A stretch of 35,862 nt of DNA from a virus (taxonomy: Duplodnaviria; Caudoviricetes): IMG/VR virus record IMGVR_UViG_3300020045_003524, positions 1-35,862 of that record; one strand, given 5' to 3'. The position numbers and the translations under genes were made by a program. Below the pieces are notes generated by a model. The model saw only the letters and a program-made list of their open reading frames with translations, was not told where the DNA came from and did not search any database. Of this stretch, positions 26,202 to 34,413 are shown piece after piece. Position 1 is the stretch's first letter; every line of letters starts with the position of its first letter.

Positions 26202-27635
26202 TTACCACTCGGACATTTCACGAGCGTATGCGTCATACTCATTGTATTTCTGTTTCTCTTTTATTTTAACAAATGAATTAAATCTTGTCACTGTGTAATA
26301 TCTGTATGCGTCAACTATGTGGGTTAAATAATGCGGTTGTGTTGCTACATCGTTCGGATTCGCTTCATCTCGCTGTACCTGGGATATGTGTTTTATAAGC
26401 GTTTGACAATTGTTAAATATTCTAGCCCTTGATGTTTTATATTCTTTTCCAGTTTCGACATCTTTTGCGTCAATTATTTTTAACGCTTCTTTCACAGTCA
26501 ACCAACCTTGTTCTCGCTTGTTAGAAGCCATTGTGAGGTTAATCCCATTTTGCCTGAACAATTCTGTTATCTTTGTCCCTGTGTCCTTTGTGCGGCTTTC
26601 TAAATCGCTAGGGGCGTATATTGCGTATACTTTATCAGTTCCCATGACTTGCTTGATTCTTTCGCACGCTTTGCTGACAATTAAATCAGGTTCATGCAGT
26701 TCCTTGTAAGTAACCACATTTCCTTGAGGGTCTACAGCGTGCCATAGAACCGCCAACATATCTAGGCCATAGTCTAAGCTTGCATACTTTGTCCAGCTTT
26801 CAGGTATTATATGCGGTTCTATAACGTGTATATCTCTGTCAAATTCACTAAAAAATGAACCTCCAGATTTTATAAACCTAGCTTCACCTAGTTGTTTATA
26901 CTTTTCGGGGTCTGTGGTCCTTAAAACCTCGATAGATGCCCTTTGAATGTTTGTTAGGTATGGATTGTCATGATGCGTAGAAAGGACTATCAAAACTGTT
27001 ATAATCTCTTTGTGCTGCACTCCGTTTAATTCGAAATCTATTTCTAAATTCTTTTCGAATACCTTTGGCCTTCTGCTGCTTGGGAAATATTCAATGACTT
27101 TGTCAGGAACGGATTGTATAAACATTTCATTTACAAAACAGTATTCATTGACAGGGTTCATCAGCACGGTTAATTTTCTGTCGGATGGCTCACCGCCACG
27201 CAATTGATGCAATAATGCTATGAAATCATCATAAGACAGCCATTCACCTTCTTCTATTAGGATTTCGGTTATCTGGTCCAGCGCTTTGACTGATTTTTTT
27301 TGCTGATCAGAAGAATACCCCATGAACAAAGCTTTATTCCCATTGATATTATTTTTAATAACTGGAGGGCTTTTTGTTATGTCGTACGCTGGCGTATGTT
27401 CAAATTGCTCTATCTTGTCTACTAGTCCAGCGTAATAGCCTTGTATCATGCTTTTTTCTAAATCCTCAATTACTAGTAAATTATAATTATTCTTGCTCCC
27501 CAGGTTCATTGCCAATTCAATCTGAGAATTATAAGACTTACTAGAAAAACGACCACCTACCTGTATTATAACCGTGTATGGTTTTGCAAGTACGTGATCG
27601 TAGTAAAAAGGTGTTAATTTGATTTCTTTTTCCAT
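26202..27635 (-). CDS. terL: Terminase large subunit
   Basis: Walker A-like GGRFSSKS, Walker B ILIEEG, nuclease motifs LDYG and HIVDAYRY. Confidence 0.93.
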   Translation of the reverse strand: MEKEIKLTPFYYDHVLAKPYTVIIQVGGRFSSKSYNSQIELAMNLGSKNNYNLLVIEDLEKSMIQGYYAGLVDKIEQFEHTPAYDITKSPPVIKNNINGNKALFMGYSSDQQKKSVKALDQITEILIEEGEWLSYDDFIALLHQLRGGEPSDRKLTVLMNPVNEYCFVNEMFIQSVPDKVIEYFPSSRRPKVFEKNLEIDFELNGVQHKEIITVLIVLSTHHDNPYLTNIQRASIEVLRTTDPEKYKQLGEARFIKSGGSFFSEFDRDIHVIEPHIIPESWTKYASLDYGLDMLAVLWHAVDPQGNVVTYKELHEPDLIVSKACERIKQVMGTDKVYAIYAPSDLESRTKDTGTKITELFRQNGINLTMASNKREQGWLTVKEALKIIDAKDVETGKEYKTSRARIFNNCQTLIKHISQVQRDEANPNDVATQPHYLTHIVDAYRYYTVTRFNSFVKIKEKQKYNEYDAYAREMSEW

Positions 27636-27649
27636 TTTTTCACCTGATG

Positions 27650-28018
27650 TTATTTTCCAATTATAATTGTTGGCATTTCAATTTTTCCACTGTGTTCTAC
27701 TCTATCGATAAACATTCCGTTAGTTTTTGCTATCAGCTCAGATACTTTTATTCTATCATACGTTTTTGCATCTTTATCGTTTAGTATATCAGTCCAAAAC
27801 GCCCTAACGTCTTCTATTCCAGCAACCTTAGATTTATCCATCTTAGCGTTCCTTAGCTTTAGATAATCAGATACAGCCTTTAGCTTAAGAGTTCTGCAGG
27901 CATTAACCTCAGCGCCATTTCCTTTTGCCTTATAAAACTTTGCATATGATTTACCTTTTTCGCCTGTGATTAAATATTCATCCACAAACTTTTTTTGCTT
28001 TTCAGTTATTTCTGGCAT
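27650..28018 (-). CDS. terS: Terminase small subunit
   Basis: ITEKQKKFVDEYL...DRIKVSELIAKTNGMF; directly upstream of terL. Confidence 0.9.
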   Translation of the reverse strand: MPEITEKQKKFVDEYLITGEKGKSYAKFYKAKGNGAEVNACRTLKLKAVSDYLKLRNAKMDKSKVAGIEDVRAFWTDILNDKDAKTYDRIKVSELIAKTNGMFIDRVEHSGKIEMPTIIIGK

Positions 28019-28033
28019 TTAATCACCTCTTTT

Positions 28034-28267
28034 CTACAACAATTCAAATTCATTTTTCAGCTCAATAATGCGGTCTTCGCATTCTTTTTTTAGCCTTTCC
28101 AATATTTTAGCAGAAGAATATTCGTCAATCTCCATTTCCAATTCTCCTTTTCCTATCTTTACCTGACTTTTGTATATTATATGTTCTTTTAATTTTTCAA
28201 TCATTTTCCTTTCTTCTTTTATTTCTTTTTCTAACGACTTAGCTTTTTCTAATACTTCTAATTCCAT
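28034..28267 (-). CDS. Hypothetical coiled-coil protein
   Basis: GGAGG SD; 77-aa ORF. Confidence 0.75.
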   Translation of the reverse strand: MELEVLEKAKSLEKEIKEERKMIEKLKEHIIYKSQVKIGKGELEMEIDEYSSAKILERLKKECEDRIIELKNEFELL

Positions 28268-28285
28268 GGTATCGCCTCCGCTTTA

Positions 28286-28313
28286 ATTATAGTTTAATTC
28301 TAATAATTTGCAA
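28286..28313 (-). promoter_or_regulatory. Candidate promoter for the packaging operon
   Basis: TTGCAA-16 bp-TATAAT. Confidence 0.5.
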
Positions 28314-28369
28314 ATCTAATATATTTATACCACTTCTATATTTTAAAGGCTCATATGCCAGTTTAAATG

Positions 28370-28446
28370 CGTAAGGGATAGACTATATCCCCCACATGAC
28401 ACCGCTACAATGTCACGTCTAAGACTATTCAATTTTTGTCCTTACG
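28370..28446 (-). ncRNA. Candidate structured non-coding RNA or leader
   Basis: GC-richer island downstream of TGcTATAAT (28456-28464); CGTAAGG/CCTTACG closing stem plus internal hairpins. Confidence 0.4.
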
Positions 28447-28540
28447 GATAGTTATATTATAGCATATTTTTTCAAAAAAATAAAGTCAATATGGTTAGTA
28501 TTGGCTTTACTTTCATAACATTAGAAACGATATAATATAT

Positions 28541-29134
28541 CTAATTGTTTAATATATGTATTTCATTTTTGTTTGAATCGTAAGCTTTATGCCCTCTATT
28601 TATACAATTAGAAATATAATGATTATCTCTACCTATATATCTACTAGCTTCTGATTTTGAACTAAACGACATTTTTTGATTTTTAATCAATAGGCATATT
28701 TCATGTTGAGTGTTTTTATACAATCCATTTTTATAAGCATGTTTAATATTTTCTTTTAAAGTTATCCATTCAAGATTTTCTATGTTATTGTTGTATCTGT
28801 TTCCATCTTTATGGTTTACTGTAATTCTTTGTGAACCAGTTTTTTCCCCTTCTGGCATACCATAAAAAGCACAACATACAACTCTATGCAATAACCAATC
28901 TTTTGGTTTTCCGTCTTTCCATAAAGATATTTTATATCCTTCTGGTTTTGGAATTTTTGTTCTGTTTTTAATTATTCTTCCTTTCCATTTTCGCAATCCA
29001 TGCCGATCTGTATGTGTTAGTTTTCCATCAATTGACCTAACTCTTCCAAAAGAAGAAGCTTGATACAATCCTTCGTAATTTGGTATATCTTTCCATATCT
29101 CGCCTTCTAGGCAATAATCCGTTGTGTTAAACAT
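28541..29134 (-). CDS. NUMOD4-HNH homing endonuclease
   Basis: EIWKDIPNYEGLYQASSFGRVRS (NUMOD4); HRVV...VNHKDGNRYNNNIENLEWIT..EN (HNH). Confidence 0.93.
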   Translation of the reverse strand: MFNTTDYCLEGEIWKDIPNYEGLYQASSFGRVRSIDGKLTHTDRHGLRKWKGRIIKNRTKIPKPEGYKISLWKDGKPKDWLLHRVVCCAFYGMPEGEKTGSQRITVNHKDGNRYNNNIENLEWITLKENIKHAYKNGLYKNTQHEICLLIKNQKMSFSSKSEASRYIGRDNHYISNCINRGHKAYDSNKNEIHILNN

Positions 29135-29157
29135 AAAATAACACCTCCTATATTAAA

Positions 29158-29187
29158 ATTATAACATAGAAAGTGTTAAAATGTCAA
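29158..29187 (-). promoter_or_regulatory. Consensus sigma-A promoter for the HNH gene
   Basis: TTGACA-18 bp-TATAAT with TGn, followed by AGGAGGTG. Confidence 0.8.
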
Positions 29188-29598
29188 TTAAAAAGGTATC
29201 GAATCATCATCCATTTCAGGTTCAATTGGCACAAATCCAGTAGGCAGTCCGCTTTTATTTGGCGCTTGTTGCTGATCATCTTTTTTGCTTTCACAAAACT
29301 CTTGCTTCTCCGCAATAATATCTGTCGTATAATGTTTTACTCCGTCCTTGTCGTAACTTCCTGTTTGCAATCTTCCAGTAATTAAAACTTGCATACCCTT
29401 TTTGAAATACTTTTCAGCAAACTCGCCAGCTTTTCCAAACGCTACAACGTTAAAGAAGTCCGCTTGTTGCTCTCCGTCTTTTTTGAAATCTCTGTTTACT
29501 GCAATCGAATACTTTGCAATTGCCATTGGTGGTGTTCCTTGTGAATATCTAACCTCTGGATCTTTACAAAGTCTAGCTTTTAAAATAACTAAATTCAT
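29188..29598 (-). CDS. ssb: Single-stranded DNA-binding protein
   Basis: OB-fold motifs RLCKDPEVRY, ADFFNVVAFGK, GRLQTGSY; acidic DDSIPF tail. Confidence 0.96.
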   Translation of the reverse strand: MNLVILKARLCKDPEVRYSQGTPPMAIAKYSIAVNRDFKKDGEQQADFFNVVAFGKAGEFAEKYFKKGMQVLITGRLQTGSYDKDGVKHYTTDIIAEKQEFCESKKDDQQQAPNKSGLPTGFVPIEPEMDDDSIPF

Positions 29599-29759
29599 CT
29601 TTTCTTCCTCCTGTTTTTGCTTTCCGCGCGACCTATGTTGTTTCTGTGCGCTCGTTTATGCGTGTCTCTGATTTGATAAATGTATGTACGCTGCATACTG
29701 TATTTTACTGCAAAATAAGTTAATATTGCTATTAGTATTGTTATTATTGTGTTTTGCAT
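29595..29759 (-). CDS. Small membrane protein (54 aa)
   Basis: AAGGAG SD; MQNTIITILIAILTYFAVKY...; ATGA overlap with ssb. Confidence 0.65.
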   Translation of the reverse strand: MQNTIITILIAILTYFAVKYSMQRTYIYQIRDTHKRAHRNNIGRAESKNRRKKR

Positions 29760-29777
29760 TTATTCTCCTTTTCAAAA

Positions 29778-29903
29778 TTATTCCTTTCCGCATCCATAAA
29801 CTTCATGCATTGCATCTTTATACCCTTTTTTATACTGTCCAGTTGCGCCAATAGACATTACTACAGCGCCAATTATTAAACCTAAAACAAATGATATAAT
29901 CAT
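29778..29903 (-). CDS. Small membrane protein (41 aa)
   Basis: GAGGAGG SD; MIISFVLGLIIGAVVMSIGATG... Confidence 0.65.
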   Translation of the reverse strand: MIISFVLGLIIGAVVMSIGATGQYKKGYKDAMHEVYGCGKE

Positions 29904-30277
29904 TTTAATTCCTCCTCAGTTGGAAATCTTGCTTCTTTCCAAGTAGACATTGACGACCCTGTCCAGCTCGTGGCACTATTTGACCATGCAAAAATAGTTT
30001 CATTTTCGTATTTTGCAAAATGGCGTTTATACCACTCTGATTTCGAATGTTCTTTAACCATAATTTTTGTATCAACTTCAATTTTTGACCAATCTACAGG
30101 TTCTTCGTATTCTGTAAAATCCATTTTCAAAACGTCATTGTACGCAAGTCCTACATTTGTCCATGTTTTTGTTGAATTAGAAAAGAAAAATAAAAATCCA
30201 TCTTTATCAATTTTCATTTTGTCTTCATATCCCCAAACACTATATTCTTTCCCGACTTCCAACTCTGTAATCTTCAT
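29900..30277 (-). CDS. Phage hypothetical protein
   Basis: PVDWSKIEVDTKIMV...WYKRHFAKYEN motif recognisable from Clostridia phages. Confidence 0.75.
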   Translation of the reverse strand: MKITELEVGKEYSVWGYEDKMKIDKDGFLFFFSNSTKTWTNVGLAYNDVLKMDFTEYEEPVDWSKIEVDTKIMVKEHSKSEWYKRHFAKYENETIFAWSNSATSWTGSSMSTWKEARFPTEEELK

Positions 30278-30414
30278 CTTTTCGCCTTTCTGACTATTCC
30301 AGTCACTCTACGCATCATACACGTAGGACACTCATAATATTTTATGCGTTTCTTGGTTACGCTGATGTTCCAATCCTCGTGACATACATCACAAGTTTTA
30401 TATACCTTCGCCAT
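30274..30414 (-). CDS. Small Zn-ribbon protein (46 aa)
   Basis: GGAGG SD; CDVC...CPTC. Confidence 0.65.
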   Translation of the reverse strand: MAKVYKTCDVCHEDWNISVTKKRIKYYECPTCMMRRVTGIVRKAKR

Positions 30415-30544
30415 CGTCGTCCTCCCAACACTTGTAATATCCGTCGCATTCGCTACATTCTGGATATTCTTTTTCTAGTTGTTCCTTGCAGATCATCCTG
30501 TTTTCGTCTTTAATATCATTCTGAATATCATCCAGCGTTGTCAT
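30398..30544 (-). CDS. Small Cys-containing acidic protein (48 aa)
   Basis: ATGA overlap; MTTLDDIQNDIKDENRMIC...CSECDGYYKCW. Confidence 0.6.
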   Translation of the reverse strand: MTTLDDIQNDIKDENRMICKEQLEKEYPECSECDGYYKCWEDDDGEGI

Positions 30545-30762
30545 GATTCATCACCTCGATATAATCTCAACATATCTTCTCTGCCTTTTAGTCTGGCTTC
30601 GTATACGTCGTTTTGACGCTCTTTTTCTTTAAGGTCTAACAAGTTATCATAATATCCTTTTAAACCGTTTATTTGTGCCTTTAAATAGTTTATACGCATA
30701 TTACAACCAGATAATACCATTGCAAAAACAAACACTACCATCATTAATGCCCATTTATCCAT
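30541..30762 (-). CDS. Small membrane/lipoprotein-like protein
   Basis: Hydrophobic N-terminus ending LSGC. Confidence 0.65.
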   Translation of the reverse strand: MDKWALMMVVFVFAMVLSGCNMRINYLKAQINGLKGYYDNLLDLKEKERQNDVYEARLKGREDMLRLYRGDES

Positions 30763-30776
30763 TTTATCACCTACTT

Positions 30777-31121
30777 CTACATATTCATTTTTATTATTTT
30801 GTTAATGTCATTATCGTACCAATTGCAATTACCATACTTATAATCTTTGCATTCTTTTTTATTATTTGCTGCTCTTTCTATTCCTTTTGAACAATTAACT
30901 TCTATAGTCAAAATAAATTCTCTATCCCCACAGTTGCAAAATCCACCATACGAATAATGTTTTCCGAGAGAATCATCTTCGCATTTTTCGGCAATAAATC
31001 CTTGATTAAATTCACACGAATAACAATTTTTCATAACTGGATCATATTTGCATTTGTGCCTATTTTTTGTTTTAAATATTTGTTGGCAGTATTGACATTG
31101 ATACATTTTGATTTCTTTCAT
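30777..31121 (-). CDS. Cys-rich hypothetical protein
   Basis: YQCQYC...CYSC and further cysteines. Confidence 0.7.
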   Translation of the reverse strand: MKEIKMYQCQYCQQIFKTKNRHKCKYDPVMKNCYSCEFNQGFIAEKCEDDSLGKHYSYGGFCNCGDREFILTIEVNCSKGIERAANNKKECKDYKYGNCNWYDNDINKIIKMNM

Positions 31122-31129
31122 TTTATCAC

Positions 31130-31306
31130 CTATAGCCCCGTCAGAAATTTAAAGTTCTTTGCATTTTCGCACGTTCTTAATATTTCACAATTTAAACACT
31201 GGCTATTGCACTTATGCCAGCAATCAATTCTGTGATCACATTTATAGCATTTATCCAACTTTTCTCCTGTGTTAAACTTGCAAATCTTTCTGTTGTTCTC
31301 TGTCAT
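31130..31306 (-). CDS. Cys-rich small protein (58 aa)
   Basis: AAGGAG SD before the ATG at 31306 (MTENNRKIC...). Confidence 0.6.
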   Translation of the reverse strand: MTENNRKICKFNTGEKLDKCYKCDHRIDCWHKCNSQCLNCEILRTCENAKNFKFLTGL

Positions 31307-31406
31307 AGCAATTCTCCTTACATAGTTCACATGTTTCGGATTTATAAATTTCATTTTCGTCGTGAAACTTCTTGCAGTCGTTTACTCTTTCTTCGTATGT
31401 TTCCAT
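31272..31406 (-). CDS. Small Cys-containing protein (44 aa)
   Basis: SD (AAGGGAG) comes from the R site; METYEERVNDCKK...CELCKENC. Confidence 0.55.
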   Translation of the reverse strand: METYEERVNDCKKFHDENEIYKSETCELCKENCYDREQQKDLQV

Positions 31407-31415
31407 GGTTAACTC

Positions 31416-31443
31416 CCTTCGTAAAATTAGACGTTTCTTTCGT
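31416..31443 (-). other. dif-like 28-bp site, R type with degenerate left arm (module 2)
   Basis: ACGAAAGAAAC-GTCTAA-TTTTACGAAGG; 17 bp identical to the 35706 site. Confidence 0.72.
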
Positions 31444-32234
31444 TAATCATAACAACCACACGGGACGGAATCTTCTTTATCAATCATAAAATCGCATATT
31501 GTCATTTGCGCTTCTTCCCATTTAATCAATTCTTTCCATGAGTAATTTCTGCCTAATCCTTTAACTCTTACCAGGTCTGCTTGTGCTAAATCTTCCATGT
31601 CAACTGCTCTTTGGAATAGATCTGGATGTTTTTTTCTTAAATCTCGTATTTCTTGTTTTTTCATCGAAGGACAAAAAAAGCACGATGATTTACCTGGTAA
31701 CGGAAGTCCTTCTTCTTTGATTATACGAATACAATCTTCGCGATCCCATTCCCATATATCAATCAACGGATACATGTTTTTATATTTCTTGTTGACTATA
31801 TCGAATGCTATAGCATTTGTTTTCCTTCGCTCCTCTCCAGCGTCATATCCAATACTACGAATAACCTTTTCGCCTTTTGCCCATATATCAATACATGGTT
31901 TATAGTTATTGCAGAATTTTTCCTGTACAGACATTTTGTGTTTTTGAGAGCATGTCTTGAATCCATATGCAATTGAGGGAAGTTTTTTGCCATCTAAACA
32001 TTCTTGCTCTAGCGTTAATCTGTTTCCATTTTTATCCGTGTATTTAACCACCGTTATTTCTGGCATATCGTGCGATTCTAACCATTTGTTCATTATTTCT
32101 ATATATTCATATGTTTCGGGCATTTCTCCACCTGTATCAGCAAACAAAATCAAATCAACTGCAAATTTATATCTATGCATTCCGATCAACATTGCAGTGC
32201 TGTTTGTTCCACCGCCAAATGACACTATGTTCAT
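31443..32234 (-). CDS. PAPS-reductase-family (PP-loop, Cys-rich) protein
   Basis: VSFGGGTNS PP-loop, FADTGGE, YPL, SSCFFCP and C-terminal PCGC; SD spacing favours the ATG at 32234. Confidence 0.85.
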   Translation of the reverse strand: MNIVSFGGGTNSTAMLIGMHRYKFAVDLILFADTGGEMPETYEYIEIMNKWLESHDMPEITVVKYTDKNGNRLTLEQECLDGKKLPSIAYGFKTCSQKHKMSVQEKFCNNYKPCIDIWAKGEKVIRSIGYDAGEERRKTNAIAFDIVNKKYKNMYPLIDIWEWDREDCIRIIKEEGLPLPGKSSCFFCPSMKKQEIRDLRKKHPDLFQRAVDMEDLAQADLVRVKGLGRNYSWKELIKWEEAQMTICDFMIDKEDSVPCGCYD

Positions 32235-32244
32235 TCTTTTCACT

Positions 32245-32272
32245 CCTTCGCAATTTTTCTCAATTGTTAACT
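32245..32272 (-). other. dif-like 28-bp site, L type (module 2)
   Basis: AGTTAACAATT-GAGAAA-AATTGCGAAGG with inner dyad CAATT-N6-AATTG. Confidence 0.8.
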
Positions 32273-32510
32273 AACTCCGTATCCCGCTATTAAAATGATT
32301 CCGGCCATATTTCATTGACCCTGTTTTCTGTTGTCGCAAAAACCCCTTGTAAGTCTGCTCTACAAACTTCTCTGCATTTTTAATTTTATTATCTGTATCT
32401 TTGTTTGCTTTCCACGTTAAGAAGTTAGAGCAATCAATGTGGCACATCTCATTTCTCAACATACATCCTTTACCGTTGTTGAAGCACGGACAGTCAGATT
32501 TGTTCATCAA
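32271..32510 (-). CDS. Cys-rich hypothetical protein
   Basis: CPC...C...CHIDC; TAG stop overlaps the L site. Confidence 0.7.
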   Translation of the reverse strand: MMNKSDCPCFNNGKGCMLRNEMCHIDCSNFLTWKANKDTDNKIKNAEKFVEQTYKGFLRQQKTGSMKYGRNHFNSGIRS

Positions 32511-33061
32511 ATACCCCCTGTTAATTTTTTTGTTGTTTCTGATAGTAATTTACTTACATTCTCTTGTCTAATTTGATTTGCTTGCTTGGCTACACTTGGC
32601 GGCAATGCACATTCAATTTTATCTCTGTCAACTTTCGTCTTATAGCTTTCCATGAATCTCGCTCTATCTGCTGCCCTATTATTAATATCAGACACGCATA
32701 GCGAACGCCATCCCATCATTCTTGCTGTTTCGGCAACAATTGGATCCATTTTCGACAGCGCCTGTTCTTCTTTGTCTGCTCCAAATGCTCCAATCTTTCT
32801 TTCTACATCTCCCCAGGCATCTAACGGGTCCATATATTTCTTTCCCGTTAACGGCGTATGGTTTTTTCTAATGTCTGCAATTGTTACTGGAAAGTTACTT
32901 GTCGCTATGTGCGTCATTATAATTGTTTGGCACTCTTTAAAGTCTAAATCTTCAATGCTTTTGCTCCATACGTCCAATCTTACCGCGTTTGATAATATTT
33001 GTAATTGTGGCCATAATTCTTCGACCATGGACAAAACTACTATTGTTTGTTCTCCTGTCAT
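32507..33061 (-). CDS. Replicative helicase loader/inhibitor (G39P-like)
   Basis: DVW...IEDLDF...HIATSNFPVTIADIR; directly after the initiator gene. Confidence 0.72.
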   Translation of the reverse strand: MTGEQTIVVLSMVEELWPQLQILSNAVRLDVWSKSIEDLDFKECQTIIMTHIATSNFPVTIADIRKNHTPLTGKKYMDPLDAWGDVERKIGAFGADKEEQALSKMDPIVAETARMMGWRSLCVSDINNRAADRARFMESYKTKVDRDKIECALPPSVAKQANQIRQENVSKLLSETTKKLTGGI

Positions 33062-33954
33062 AATTCTCCTTTTGAGCGTAGAAAGTCTTGTACTACGCTA
33101 GATTGTATTTTGCTTGCTATTCTTTCTTTTGAACTCATTTCTTGAGTTATCCTTACCGGTTGTTTTGCTTTAATCATAAGTTGATCAAATTGTTTTCTTA
33201 GTTTATCTGTTGATAATATATTTCCCTGCCAAAAAGTGTCACTTGTTGCAAAGTCAATTACAAGTCTAATATCATTCAGCGACCTGTTATCTATGCGAAT
33301 CATTTTATCAACATGAGTTGCCCATGATTGCATATTGGGTTGTTTGAAATTCTCGTTGTTGTTTTTGATTTTCAAAAGAAGATATTCAGAAATAGATATT
33401 TCATCCGAATCGTCGGAAAACTTGTTTTTCTCGACAGAGATATTTTTTTCTTTCTTTTGCTTTATCTCTTTATCTAAGTCTAACTCTATATCTAGTTCTT
33501 TCTCTATATCTATCTCTATATCTGTGTTACATTTTTGTACATTCTCGTTACAATTCGTTACACTGGCGTTACATTGTAACAACTTTATTGATTCTCTGTG
33601 TTTTCTAACCCTTTCAGCCGACTCTGTTTCGCTACCAAGATTATTAAAAGTATCAGTAAGAATCAACTGTTTATCGTTTACCATTTCAATAAATCCGCAT
33701 TTTTCCAAAAACGATAAAGTTATTGAAACATTGTCAGGATCCTCATCTATTTCTAGCGCTATTTCTTCAGCAAAAGAATCATCAATACCATCAAAAAATA
33801 ATTTACCTTCGTTTCTAAGGCTCAGCAATTGCATTTTTAAATATATAATAGTGAATGTATCACCACCAGCAATTTTGCGAAGCTTCTTCATTTCTTTTTG
33901 GTTAAAAAAATCCTCTTTAAGTTTTAGCCAGTAGTATTTTTTTGATTCTGCCAT
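33058..33954 (-). CDS. Phage replisome organizer / replication initiator
   Basis: YYWLKLKEDFF...GDTFTIIYLKMQLLS...GSETESAERVRKHRE N-terminal domain; C-terminal FWQGNILSTDKLRKQFDQL. Confidence 0.9.
   Translation of the reverse strand: MAESKKYYWLKLKEDFFNQKEMKKLRKIAGGDTFTIIYLKMQLLSLRNEGKLFFDGIDDSFAEEIALEIDEDPDNVSITLSFLEKCGFIEMVNDKQLILTDTFNNLGSETESAERVRKHRESIKLLQCNASVTNCNENVQKCNTDIEIDIEKELDIELDLDKEIKQKKEKNISVEKNKFSDDSDEISISEYLLLKIKNNNENFKQPNMQSWATHVDKMIRIDNRSLNDIRLVIDFATSDTFWQGNILSTDKLRKQFDQLMIKAKQPVRITQEMSSKERIASKIQSSVVQDFLRSKGEL
33526..33580. repeat. Iteron-like GTTACA repeats; probable replication origin
   Basis: GTTACA at 33526, 33547, 33557 and 33568, GTACA at 33537, inverted TGTAAC at 33575; about 10-11 bp period inside the initiator gene. 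Confidence 0.7.
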
Positions 33955-33965
33955 TTATTCACCTT

Positions 33966-34130
33966 CTAGTAATGTATTTCAACAACTGAATGATTTAATT
34001 TGCAAATATCAAGAAGTTGTTTAAGTTGTGAATCGTCAGTTATTTTAAACGAAGATCCATTGTTATTTTCCATTTGTTCAAAGCTATCAAAAACAAAAAC
34101 ATTGATGCAATTAGAAATCTCATTTTCCAT
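33966..34130 (-). CDS. Hypothetical protein (54 aa)
   Basis: Starts right after the HTH stop; MENEISNCINVFVFDSF... Confidence 0.6.
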   Translation of the reverse strand: MENEISNCINVFVFDSFEQMENNNGSSFKITDDSQLKQLLDICKLNHSVVEIHY

Positions 34131-34301
34131 TTATTGTTCCCCTTTCGCCTTTAACCATTCATTAACTTCTGATTCTGAAAAACGAATTGCCCTATCAATT
34201 TTTATACAAGGCATTCCTTTTTTGTCTATCCAAGCTTTCAATGTTTGTCTGCTAACTTGTAGTTTTTGACACATTTGAGCAATTGTTATTAATGTTTCCA
34301 T
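34131..34301 (-). CDS. Second Xis/MerR-like winged-HTH protein (56 aa)
   Basis: AAGGAGGTG SD; METLITIAQMCQKLQVSRQTLKAWIDKKGMPCIKIDRAIRFSESEVNEWLKAKGEQ*. Confidence 0.88.
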   Translation of the reverse strand: METLITIAQMCQKLQVSRQTLKAWIDKKGMPCIKIDRAIRFSESEVNEWLKAKGEQ

Positions 34302-34322
34302 TTGTTCACCTCCTTGAATACG

Positions 34323-34351
34323 ATATTACAACACTTAACGTTATTTGTCAA
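34323..34351 (-). promoter_or_regulatory. Sigma-A promoter of the replication operon
   Basis: TTGACA-17 bp-TAATAT, the same hexamers as the 4563-4591 promoter. Confidence 0.8.
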
Positions 34352-34379
34352 CAACATTGGTTAATATTTATTTTTAAAC

Positions 34380-34405
34380 AAAAAAAGAAGCGGTTGCCCA
34401 CTTCT
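34380..34405 (-). terminator. Intrinsic terminator after dUTPase
   Basis: AGAAGTGG-GCAA-CCGCTTCT followed by a T run. Confidence 0.88.
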
Positions 34406-34413
34406 AATTTTTA

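Noticed and set aside
28330-28450. tRNA gene
   Set aside because: No T-loop GTTCRA, cloverleaf or CCA end.
33856-33883. TTTTGCGAAGC half-site in the initiator gene
   Set aside because: There is no matching left arm or partner site; it is explained by the codons for KLRKI.
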